This document shows positions 40,514 to 52,600 of a stretch of DNA of 64,000 nt, one piece after another. This DNA comes from Acanthaster planci (Eukaryota), in assembly GCF_001949145.1 (NCBI RefSeq), contig NW_019091360.1, positions 4,296,159-4,360,158 on the forward strand. The letters run 5' to 3'. The translations under genes were made by a program, and so were the position numbers. The notes under the pieces are model-generated. The model searched no databases. It was given only the letters and a program-made list of their open reading frames with translations, and was not told where the DNA came from. Numbering within the stretch: the first letter of the stretch is position 1; every line of letters begins with the position of its first letter.

Positions 40514-40795
40514 TTACTCGTCTTCGAATGCGTAGTAACCAGGATCTTGAATCACCAACTCGCGATTTCCAAGCATCCTTTTACGGAAGAGAGTACCGCC
40601 AAAGTGGTAATCATGTTGCTCGGGTCTCCTGTTTAACGAGCTCAGCGGACGCCTTTTCCGCTGTGATTCTCGTTCAATCTCTGTGTCTAGGTTGTACTGT
40701 TGACGGAGATCGTCTAGTCTCGATGCATGTACCTGCTGACGGACTAGACACCAACAGCATAATATGGCGACCATAAAGACGGCCTTGGTTTCCAT
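40514..40795 (-). CDS. Putative neuropeptide precursor, 93 aa, divergent SK/CCK-like paralogue (DYHFGGTLF)
   Basis: Signal peptide METKAVFMVAILCCWCLVRQQVHA; acidic spacer; basic sites RKRR, RR and RKR flanking ...PEQHDYHFGGTLF; acidic Tyr-bearing tail DPGYYAFEDE. Splice acceptor TTCCTCCCTTATTACAG|AACATA-ATG lies 6 nt before the ATG, with A at -3. Secreted precursor status is well supported; family assignment is inference. Confidence 0.8.
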   Translation of the reverse strand: METKAVFMVAILCCWCLVRQQVHASRLDDLRQQYNLDTEIERESQRKRRPLSSLNRRPEQHDYHFGGTLFRKRMLGNRELVIQDPGYYAFEDE

Positions 40796-40970
40796 TATGT
40801 TCTGTAATAAGGGAGGAATTTCATTCTTGGTTACGTTTGTGGTCCATATTTTAAGTCTGTCAAGAGCACTCTTAGCCTTCCAATTTCAAAGTGATTAATT
40901 TTCAGTCATAACATACGGAAAGTTAACAATTAAAGACTACAAGAGATGTTAGACTAGTGATCAATATAAT

Positions 40971-41694
40971 GGGTCGTATGAATAAAACGTAGCATTTCCA
41001 TTTTACCACTATTTTTAAAGCATTTACTCGTGTTTGTATGAATAACAACGAAGCAAATGCTTTTACTTGAGTGCAGTTGCTTTTAAGTAAAAGTATTTAC
41101 TTTTTACTCTTTAAGCTTGTGCTGGACAATAAGCAGTTGCTTCATTTTGTATGAATAAAAATGAGTAAGTTCTACAGAATTGGAGTATTTACTTGACATG
41201 TTTCAAGACCGGGTCGGGACAAGCTTGAAAACGAGGAGCATTTACTAATGTTCAAAATGGCAGCGTTCATGAATGTCATTCGAAAGGAAAAACTGTATGC
41301 CTTTAGGAGGAAATCTCAAGAAACCAGATGCAGACAGTTGTACCGATTTGAGAGTGGCAGAGCAATTTTCTTCATCGAGGTTTTTGCGATCAAAATTACT
41401 GCCATCGTGCTTATCTGCCATGCTGAAGTCTCAAGATACAGCACCGTGCTGCACTGTGCATCTGTACATGCAGACAACGGAAGCCCTATTGTGCAAAACC
41501 ATCCGGCTGTGTAGTCAGCCACAAGCATAAAATATTTGCTAATATTTATACTAGTACATACTGATTAGTAAAAAAAACATTTTACTCCTACAAATTCAAG
41601 CATTTGCTTGTTCTTAATGGTTTGACTTCTCAGTAAATGCTTCTAGTGTTTGCTTGAACTTCATAGCATTTGCCAGTTTATATCCATACGACCC
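40971..41694 (+). mobile_element. PIF/Harbinger-like deletion derivative in the intron upstream of the second precursor exon
   Basis: TIR GGGTCGTATGAATAAAAC ... GTTTATATCCATACGACCC. Internal translation MAAFMNVIRKEKLYAFR...CRQLYRFESGRAI loosely resembles a Harbinger transposase N-terminus. Confidence 0.6.
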
Positions 41695-44600
41695 AGTGAC
41701 TGGCATATCGAGAAAGTTAACAAAAAAATTAACAATGAATTAAAAAAGAAACAAATGCCATCCCCTATGAAAAAAACAAAACAGACTCAGTTTCAACAAA
41801 ATGGATAGCCCATCTAACCATTTTTCTTTTTCAATTTCTCGAACAGCGACTTCAACGTTAAGTTACGTTTACCTTTTTCTAAACATTGTAGTGTCTTGTT
41901 CAAGCCTAAAGCCCAGTGCACTCGTACACAGTTTATCTTTCCACAATAAATTGTGGGATCTGGAGTAATTTGTACATGTGGATTTTTGTACAAACATTTC
42001 AATGAACATTATAAACATTGGTTACAGTTTGTGTAAGTAATCTAGCAAAGTCCAACCTAAAACAAATACATTTATTTATCATCATTTAGTAATCAGCAAA
42101 TCTTACACTTTCTTGGAAATTTCACCCCTTGGTGCAATTCGGTAGTTACAGCGAAGAATAGATAGCTCTCCTGTACGAACAAAAATGATAATAAATAATT
42201 GGAACTTGATATCGGCAAGGTTAGAGACACGAAACACCATGTCCAATAAATTACAGGTTTAAATTAGGATTCTCATTTTGGAGACATGTTTATAATCGGC
42301 CGCTGTTGTATAGATATCAGTGCAAGGGGAGAGCTTTAACAACGCCTTCCAACAGTTAGCACCCTCCTTTGGGTATTGTATAAATGTTGATGATGACCCT
42401 ACTTTCAACTTATATCACCGCTACGACGTCGTTTGTAATGAAACACAACGATTTAGTTCTTCAAAGGCTGTGCAGTATGGTCAAGCCGTGAACATTGAAG
42501 TATGTCTGTTTATTCTTTAACATGATTTGGACTATGATGAATTACAGCCGCCTGATTGTTGTTTTAGTCTCGAAATTTAAACGTTTTTAACAACAGCTTT
42601 CGTGATTGAGTAGACAAATGTTGAATTGATGCTGTGGTTATAGAATAGGTGGCTTCCTGGCTACTTTCGCCCATACCTACGTCTGTTCATGATGGATGGG
42701 TCAAATTAAGCTGAATAAATAATGAGCTGTTCCTCTTAACAAATTTGTGTTTAATAATTTAACATTTTAGCATAAACCAACGTGTCATACATCTCACAGA
42801 CTGCACGATCCAGCGCAATTAGTGGACTAGGAGCCCCGTGTGTGTGATTTGGGAAGCATGTCTAACTTGTGGTATTTCAGTCTTAGAATTTCCGACCCAT
42901 TAGAGAAGGGAATTACCTGATAACTATGTTTGTACTTACTCCAGTCAGCTTGTAGTGATTGCAAATGGTCCTTTAGAACGAAATCCGGAAAAAAATAATT
43001 CTGAAATAAGAGAATATCAAAAGCAAAGCTCACTGACTAACAATTTAAAATGTTCAAATTAATATGACGAATGATTGATGGTACCAATCCCAAACAGCCA
43101 AACGATTTCCTTACAGAACAACTGAGTTCATTTCGTAAAAACAAATTTGCTTCTAGAAAAATGCTTGCACTTTTCCTCGTTTCAGGTTCGATTTCTCGGC
43201 ATTTATAACACCTCACTGAGTTTTATAAAACTGTTCAAAGCACTTAATGGCAACTGATTTTGCTCTGGATTATTGGTTCAATCATAGAAAATCCAAGTTG
43301 AGATTTTTATGGAGACCGATGTGAAATATCTCGACAATGTGAGGGCGTGAGATGGCCACAGTTCATCCTACATACTTCTCTACATTGGTCTTCTAGAGTT
43401 GCTTGAACTATTGCTCACTGATTTATTACAAGTTCCCTTACCCCATGAATCCTTAATTGGGAAGTAACGAAAGATCTCCTATTATGACATTTCTTTGCGT
43501 GTGTGTGGATGTGTGAGTGATACGGGCGATTTGAACGATTCTTCACGTTCTTGCTCATCTATACAATAAATAAATGATTTTTTTCTAAACGCCAAATGAA
43601 TATGGTTCCAGCGGACAGTGGACCTCCCTTGCAATTCATTAGAAAGATTAGAATGTCGCTGTCAGTTTGGTTTAGGTGTTTATGTTAACTGGAAATTGCC
43701 ATTTGGTAAGGGAGGGATTGTGTAAACATGGCAAAGGCGGGGGATCAGTTTACTGGATGAAGAAATATTAAGCATGCTTTTCTCTTACCTGTAACAGAGA
43801 TCGTAATCTTCAAATTATCATAAAATGAGATTGAAATACCAAGGCAAAATGCCCAAATAAAATAGATTCCGATCTTTCCTGCGTCACAACAGTAGTAAAC
43901 AACACGAAGCATTTGGAATTGTAAGGACGAGGATAACAATGTCTGCTGTATAGTTTTTGGTAACAAAGCAAAAAAGTTACGCCCTGTTCTTGAATAACTA
44001 GAATTGTTTCGTAATTAATGAATTATATGCATCTTATGTACTGCATTTTATGGTTCAAAGCCCCAACAAGGAATGACTCCCAATCAAGTTTCCTCCTTCT
44101 TACTTTGATCAAAGACCAATCTCCGTGATGCTCATTAATTTACAACATTTTTATTTCGCGATTATGGTGACACGAAGTAAAATTAAATCAGGATATGATT
44201 CCCATTACAGGGAAGTGCGTAAATTTGATTTACCCCAAATATGCTACAGTATGCAAAATCTGCTAAGCTAAACTGGCTTCAAGTTGAACAGAATGTTTAA
44301 TTTGACTATAGAAGAATTGTACATGTATTTGTCATAAATTGGTAATTGATTACCATACCAAGGTCCAGCAGGAAAAGAAGTTCGCTTCATTTCTCTTTCA
44401 AAGACCACACCCTATCAACGTGTGGTTGTCAAAGGTCTGTTTATCAAAGAAACATGTAGGAACTCTTCGTTTTTCAAAGTATAATTTAGTTTCAGTTGGA
44501 AGAAGGCGAAGGCGTGGTGTTTAATATTGAGTTTTATGGATCAGTTTGACTTTGCTGACAATAAAGAGTGCAGTGACGCCCAAGAAAGTGAGTAGGACAC

Positions 44601-47600
44601 TCAAACCTCGATGTTCCAGATATTGATGTCTGTTCTCAATGATGTTTCTAATCCCAAAATTAGTGTGGTGGTAAGTCAGCTCAATCTAGTTCTTTTAGCA
44701 AATCATTTGATCTGTTTATTTATTTAGAAGAAATTTACCTCCTTTGGTTAACTTTCCGTTACTCCCATTTTCGTCGTATAAACAACAATAAGCCGACAAG
44801 ATTTGCATTAATCAGTGCCGTAACTCTGTCGGCCCCCGATGAAACCAGCAAGGCACTTAGTGTTTTTAACGGCAGCGCACATATCTGCCCCGTTCGCTCA
44901 AACCTCATCGTTAAAAAGGGGCTGCACTCCGGAAACTTTGGAGTGGTGATCCTATGACGCACTTGAACAATTCAGGTGAATTTCAGCGAATTCTTGAACT
45001 GCTATAATACGACCAGCGCTGACATCGACCGTTCATCTTGTCACTTGATAGGAGTGATACACTCATCAGACACTGGTCTAAATGGATCGTATGTCCACAA
45101 TTCAGGTAGTTTTCACCTGGCGACAACCGCCCTGAGTCAATTAAAAATGCGGCAGAAAAAGGACCGTACCTCTTCATTCTATACCGTGGAGTATAATTAA
45201 CGTCTACTCGAGAGTCCTTGGGAATTCATTGTTATCCTGTTAGGAAGAAGTTAGTTTTTTACGTTACCTGGTCTAATCCAATTCTGTGTTTTTTCGCCTA
45301 AAATGTAACTATATTTTGTAACTACATTTTAGGCGAAAATGTAGTTGCATTGTAAACGAATGAAATCCTAACAAAACTACATATGCTAGGCAAGATGTAA
45401 CTCGATTATGATGTACATGTAGTCGTACTGTTGAGGTAAGCGTGTGTTTGTAAAAGATTATTATTGTTGGGGGGTGATGAAATCGTGCATATTAAGTGTA
45501 TAACGGTGTGTTAAAGTCAGCTTGTTTGTGCGCATCCAACCCCAACTTTTTAAAACTAAATTGTGTCAACTAAAGCTTTGCATTTGTGTTCTTTCAAAAG
45601 GTGCCACTAGCTGTATATTTGTATTCTTTATCTACATCGCTGTCAGAACTCTCTCCGTGCCTCTGAGGTGGCAGAAACCGACTGGCATAGCCGAAATGTG
45701 CTTTGAATTCCCACTTATTTTGTCCCACAAGACTTTTTGTGTATACATTTTATCATTTTGACCGAACCTGCGGAAGGACGAAATACCTGCGAATGCTGTA
45801 ATTCACCTTATCCTTGATCACAATAACGCGTTAGGTACCTGAATCAATTGTCTTGGATAGCGTTTTGTGAGTTCGTTACTCCGATCATGGATTGCATTCA
45901 GATGAAATATTTTGAAGAAGGACGCATGTGCAGGCTGGGAATCGGAAGATGGTCGTGCCAGCGAGATTGTCCTGCTTTATATTGTTACTGTTTTGCTGAC
46001 AGGATACGAATGTATGGACAGTTTCTCTTCACGGCCTGTAATTCTCTTCACACTGTCATTAATTATCATGTTTGCCGTCAGACAGTGGCTGAGATTTTCA
46101 TTTTTTTATTCATTGGATTTTTCCCACTCAGTTTAGTAACTTTATTTGTTCTTTATCACTTAAACTAAAGGTCATTTGTTAAAATAACGTTTAAGTTTTT
46201 ATGCCTCATCCATTCGAATTTTTTGAAATGTTTTTCTTTTAACCACATAAATTTACGGTTGAAACTATAATTCTGCCCGTATCAACCTGATAGGCTTTTT
46301 ATGCGTCTGAAAACTGAAGTTTTCATGATTTGTTCAGCTGTTTATGTTGGTGTAGTCATGAGATGCGATGTTATTAGACCACTCGTCCCACGGACAAGCA
46401 GTCTGCTGAACAAGAGCGCTGGAGTTAGAGGATGAGTGCTGTTATATGCTCGTTTTGGTTTGAATTTAACATGACAATGAAACCATAATAACCTGTTAAC
46501 AAACTTTGTACATCTGACTACCATGCATTACGTCTGTAGGCCTACCAAGCACTTTGAAAATTTAAGTTTTTCATTGGAAATTGCAAATGATACCGAACTC
46601 TGTTCACACGGTAAAACTGTTGATGTCTAGCTGTCAACGAGAAATTCTCAAACTGTGTCTTAAAAAAATTAAGATAAATCAAAACTTGGTTTAATACGAA
46701 TATGATAATTTTAGGCAATGGTTGAATTGAAGGAGGCCAATCAACCCAATTTTTGTCGATTTAGCAGTAAATAACTATAAATATGTGCCTTTTAAAAAGA
46801 ACTTGCCAAACGTTTTTTTAAATGGAATTTCGAGTTTGTCGTTGTCAACGTGGTTTTGTAGTGCTTTAGTCAGGGACATAAGAGGATCTAATCTCGACTC
46901 ATTCAACTCTCTATAGAATTATTACAAATCGATCCATTTCCAAGCAACACACTTACAGGCCCCTATGCCTTAAATTCTACTCATCCGTTATGTCATTACA
47001 TTCGTTCCTCGTATGACTAATAACTAAATATTTTACCAAATATTTCAAAGCAGACCATGTATAAACTAATGCAGGCATCTCCTAACACAGCCTGGGGCAA
47101 CAGATGTTATCTGTACATTATCCTATCAAAAAATCATATCACGTCAAAAATCCTGTCATGTACGTCACTCTGCATTACATTAGAAATCCAAATATCTCAT
47201 GAAACCGCGACTAGTTTGAAGTAACGAATTATTGACAAATTGAATCTAAAACGAGGGTTTTTTAATTTGTTTTCAGAAGCCGATCTTTTTGTCTTAAAAC
47301 TAATCATACAACTGATTATACAATAATAGAAGAGAGGGTTTCCTATACATAACTGTACCTGATTCGTTTCCATTTTTCATTCGTTAATTTTAGGCAAGAG
47401 TCATCCATTCAATTGTCCAAGTGGTCTACACGATTTGTTCTCTCATAGGCCGGAGAAAATATTCCCCAGTTGACGAAGTAACCAGGTTGAAGTTTCCATC
47501 TCACTCTTGATGGTTTAGTAAGAGCATAATTGGAACCACATGAAAAGCATGAATTTTAAAAATAAGTGCAGAAAAATTGCTTTCGGCCTAAATACAATAG

Positions 47601-47775
47601 AATAGTGCTTGCTGCTTTCGACACTGTCGCACATTTCTGACATTTGACAGACATTTGAAGTTGACAAGAATGTATTTTTTAAATATTTGTTCAATATGAT
47701 TCCCTCAAAAGTGAAATGTCTTTGAAATCAAGCGATCAAATCTGCCACAAAAGCATAAAGGTGAAACAGTTGTCA

Positions 47776-47980
47776 CTTTACCTTGAATAAACGGCTGCCG
47801 TCTGATTACCAGGTACTAATCTCCTTGTGTCGATCACTACCTTCTGTGTGCTGTTCAAATAAGTCCAGCCCGTTATATCTATAGCCTATGACGCCTACTG
47901 CCTCAAAGCCATTAACCAATCACAGCCTTCCGTTCCTTTGGTTCTTTATTTTACCTATCACCGGAACTGTACTGACGTGA
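47776..47980 (-). promoter_or_regulatory. Candidate first non-coding exon (~47782-47850) and core promoter of the second precursor gene
   Basis: Minus-strand donor CAAG|GTAAAG (exon end 47782); TATA-like CTATAGATATAA (47873-47884); TGACGC 47889-47894; TTAACCAAT 47912-47920; TGACGTGA 47973-47980. Confidence 0.45.
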
Positions 47981-49517
47981 GGCTCATCAATAACGAATGG
48001 GCAGGGGTGATTTTTTGTTGATTGTGTGTTGAGAGACGGTTGTTTTGCGAGCTGTTAATGGTCCACACAGTGTCAAGACATCCACATACATGAAAAATAC
48101 CTTCATTACACATCTCCAAGCAGTGTGTAACCCTGTGGGTGGGAGTGTCCCACGACTAGTGTCTGGATTATGATAATCACGAAAACAACGCTCACTTGAC
48201 GTTGACATCAAAATTGATTACATCGTTTTGCTTTTGATATATAATCTTGGAGTTTAATGCATGCATTTTGTCGCGTAATTACGTTGCAGGTTAATCATTC
48301 ATAAAGAGTAGATTAGTTCTTCGTCAAACTGTCATTTCTTCGCAGACCTGGCCAAATTAACACGTATTGCACACAACTTGAAGACCCAATTAAATACCGG
48401 TGGCTACAAGAGTTATGCTGGTCGGATCTTTTGCCTAAGCACCATGGATGAGTCGTAAAATAAGTAGAAGAAAATAATGGTAAACTCTAAATAGTGACGT
48501 TTTATACCATTTATCTTTCCTTGGGGTTTTCGTTAATTGGCGTACTTTAATTCAGTTTCCGTTCATACTGTATGATTTTACTTGGATGTCTAGCTATTTA
48601 AAGTCCTCTGCATGTATTAGGTGTAATTTAATAGAACTCTGTATCTTATTATACCTTGCAGCAATTTTATCAACAAGCTGAGTAAGCCTACAGACGATCT
48701 GTTCGGTTATAACAACCTAGTCCGGTCTCAAGAAAGGGTTTCTGTTGAAACCTACTATCGAAATTGACAGAGAAGCTCACACCCTTTCTAGTTTTGCTCA
48801 TTGCAGATTTCGTCTTTTCACGAAATAAGTGGAAAATATTTCCTATTTGTTTTTCAATAAATCTTAAATTTCCATGTTCATGTCAAGAGGGTTCTACATT
48901 TCATTGCTTAGAAATGAATAATGCTTATCTAAGACCTGTATAACCAGATTGATTGATCTTAGAATATCACTGAGTAACTTGACCCAATTCTATGCCTAAA
49001 GTTATTCGCCAAAGATCAAAGACCACCCAAGGCTGGCGTTATTTACCACAGGCAACAATCGGTGGTCACCAAGGGTAGCTGTCGCTGTACAGTAGGGACA
49101 GTTGCCCTCCGGCCAGACTGTCCGATCAAGGCGCGATCGGTTCTAGGGAATGACCCTGCGGAGTACAAAGTCCTCCCTCTACAGTTCCGTAATCCACACT
49201 TGTCCTCCGGAATTTCCGAATCCCAACTTCGAGACAGTCTGACGCAAGATATTGAATTATAGGCCTAAAAACCTTAACTGGCATAAATCCTGCTATATTC
49301 CCATTGTGGATCACGGTCAATAGTATGTTGATATTCAAGCCATTAGTTCACCCACATGCAGTTTTGTTTTCTGTTCCCTTAGCTTGGTATAATCGTCATT
49401 TCCGAAGGCGGATTGTTAACAAGTCGACTCCTACCATCCCCGCCTATTTGACCTGATGTTTGGTACCTTGCAAGCAGTGGCTTATACTGCAGTTTGTCAA
49501 TAAATTTATTTGCATCC

Positions 49518-49604
49518 TTGGGTAGACATCTACCCAATCATCATAGATTCAATACAAGTGCATAATTAAATATCAAAATTATACACTTGTATTGAATCTA
49601 TGAT
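49518..49604. repeat. Adjacent near-perfect palindromes/hairpins
   Basis: TTGGGTAGA-CA-TCTACCCAA (49518-49537), then ATCATAGATTCAATACAAGTGCATAATT-loop-AATTATACACTTGTATTGAATCTATGAT (49540-49604; 28-bp arms, 1 mismatch). Confidence 0.85.
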
Positions 49605-52600
49605 TTCGGTCTGTTTTATGTATGAAACCGAGGGTATAGGAAAACTGGGTTAATACTTCTAAAATAAGTGAATGTGAATTCTCATTTGGAGCAAGTTTTA
49701 TGTTAAGCCTTTGAAAATATTGGTAAAGTTGCAGTGTATCTGCATGAAAATCCATGCAGATACGGATTGCAGTGGAAGATTTCTGACCATTCTTATCTAT
49801 TTCAAAAGAGCTGTAGATGCATCATCAACGATAGCGATGCCATTTCACTTATGGCTGATGTACAAGCTTTAATTTCAATTTAAGATTAGAAAAACTACTT
49901 CGAAGTGAACTGATTGGATTGGCAATAGTGCTATTTGAACGAAGTTATACTCACTGCACCTGTGAGAAATGAAATTTACACTTTTCTCAGATCCCGAAAA
50001 CAGTTTCTTATTGAGAGTCCAAGATACGCTGAAGTCCACAATGCGATTCAGTGGTGAGCCTATGACGCGAATAGCCTGTTGTCCGTGTTAAGTAATCGCA
50101 AATTAGTCTAGAAATAACCCACTTCATGTGAATGTCCTTCTACAGACTTTTGGGGATTTTATAAATTGATTAGTACCGTAGAATGATTCTCAATTTGCTT
50201 TTGCCTGCACTGTAGTTAACAAGGCTTGTTTCAGTGCATTTACACCTCCTCCCATAGTTTACCCGCTCCTACTACATCTAGCTTGGTCCCTCTGCTTGAG
50301 TAGATATTCAGAGTAAGGGCAACTGACACGTTTGGCCGAAGGAAAATTTATGTTTACCCATGTTGCTTGAAAATTGCCATGACACTTATTCCGTTGATCG
50401 CTGTAATATTTCATTGCAGTGTTTTGAATCATATTCGCCATTCTTATGCCCTGAGTTTACAAATAGCCAGAAAAATCCATTATAAAAGTCTTGTACCTCA
50501 AATGAACTGTTTGTATTTTGTGTTTCAGTATTTTTCAAGTTTCTATACAGGCAATGGGTTTCCCCTGTTCCCTCCACAAGAAGCATTATAAGTTTTCCTT
50601 TATTCAAAGTCTTCACGGAATTCCAAGACATTTTACCCTCGGTCTTGAACTGGAAGGAAGAGGCAGGTGGTTGATACTAGAGTTCATTGATTACATGCTG
50701 TCAAAGCATCGATTGGGGGCAGATGCTCTTTCCCAACGATGGTAACATCCACGCCTAATACACCCCTAACAGTTCCTCCCACGTGTCTTATGGATTGGAA
50801 ATCTTATAATACTGTCGGTATGGGCCAACATCAACGCTTTATAGTCTTCTTCTTTGATAACACTTTTATCGTCACCTTCAACGACGTTGGAGAGCTTTAT
50901 TTTCATGGGTTGAAGAGCTAGAGGGAATCGGAGGGCTTTGATATGAATTTCGATGAAGTTACATAAATCCCTTCAACGTGAGAAAACGCACGAACTTACA
51001 TGTATGTTCTGTAGAGTATTGTATCGGAATTCCCATTAAAACACCTCGAAGGCAAAAAGTATTATAAGTCTTTCTACATGAAAAAACTTCCAACAAAAGC
51101 AACTAAACTATCATGGAAATCAATGACTCATGAAAAATCCCGCAAAGAGAATGACCAGAAATGGAACCGTCAGCGCAAAGGTATAATTATGAAATCAACA
51201 AATAAACACAACAGAGCCAATTTCCTTTCCCTGAAATAATCTCACTTTTCTGGTGTTGATATTTTGAAATACTGTATCCACTTGTTACGTTTCCAGTGAA
51301 TACTACATACTGCGGGAATAACTCCAGGTACAATGTTTCGAGTGTAAAGGAGAAATTTAATGTAATTCCTTTTCTCTCCCTTTTGGTGTTTTTTGTAGTT
51401 TACCCGGTGAAAATTCCATTAATGTCTATGAATAATGAATTGGATTTCAAATATTGAGATTTATTGTCAAGTAAAACAGCGCAACGTACCCCTGTCAAAA
51501 TGTCGATAATTCAATATATTACTGTCGTCATTATATATTTATCAAATGATTGAACATGCGCAAAAATATGGACAAATTCGTGACAAGGAATGAGGATTGA
51601 ATCTTAAGTCAGCTAGGCCTGAACACATGTGCCAGAAATAATCGGATTTGTGCTAAACGGCACTCAATTTGCAGGCGCATGGCTGACACGATTTGACCGA
51701 ATCCTTCGTACGTTTCCTTGTATACATCTCTCGTTTATCATCTCAGTATTTTTGTCTGTAGGCAAGTGAATTTTCCTGCCAACGAAGCATGTGACTCGGG
51801 GAATTTGAAATAAATTTCAGTGAGATGAATGCATCCAGTAAAGACGTAACGTCTGTAGCCGCAGGCCGCACACATTGACAAAATAGTCGTCGGAAGACCA
51901 TTGACGTCATAAGGTTATCAACATAAGGCCTCCAATACCGAGACTGGTGAATTAATCAAAACCAAACTAAATGAACGACAAAGGAACAGACTCGGTCCAC
52001 TCACAATTAACAAAGGACTAATACAATGGCGAAACGAGGGAGACCTTGGAGGAAATGGCGTTTTGTTTGATGCCTCTGGCCCCTTTCAGATAATTTGAAA
52101 CTAGGGCTAAATTCATACATCTCAGGAAATTTTGTATCGCATCTACCGGCGTGAAGAAGAGACATGCGAATTTGTAGTGTAAACTTCATAATTAAAAGAT
52201 TATTCAATCTGAAAATTTGTGAACAGCTCTAAACAAAAAGGCACAGTGGTTTTGCAGTTTGCCCGTGACCTTTTGGTTGAAGGAAGTTCAACTTACGAAA
52301 CGTTCTCCACACCAACCAAATTGTAGACGGGGCATAAACAAGGCCTAGAAAAAAGGATAGTAGTTGAACGGTAATAATCCAATGAAGACATTGACTATGC
52401 TCGGACAGAGTTCGAGAAGCGAGACTTGAGATTGATCGAAGTCCTTCGGTGTCAAGTTTCCAGGATTCAGCCCTGAAATCACTCTATTCCTCGCCAGTTC
52501 TCACTTGATTGACAGACCAATTCTACGTCATCTTAACCTCACTAGACTGCATTTGAACTTGGAGTATTTGAGAGCGAGTGTGTGACCGAGACATTTGCAA

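Noticed and set aside
45040..45075. CTGATGA motifs resembling hammerhead ribozyme cores (also ~8260, ~20265)
   Set aside because: No complete CUGAUGA-stem II-GAAA core with closing helices.
50690..50906. Coding-looking minus-strand stretch (MKIKLSNVVEGDDKSVIKEEDYK...; GVLGVDVTIVGK)
   Set aside because: Interrupted by a stop and frame change; no signal peptide, dibasic/amidation pattern or recognisable family. Not a third precursor.
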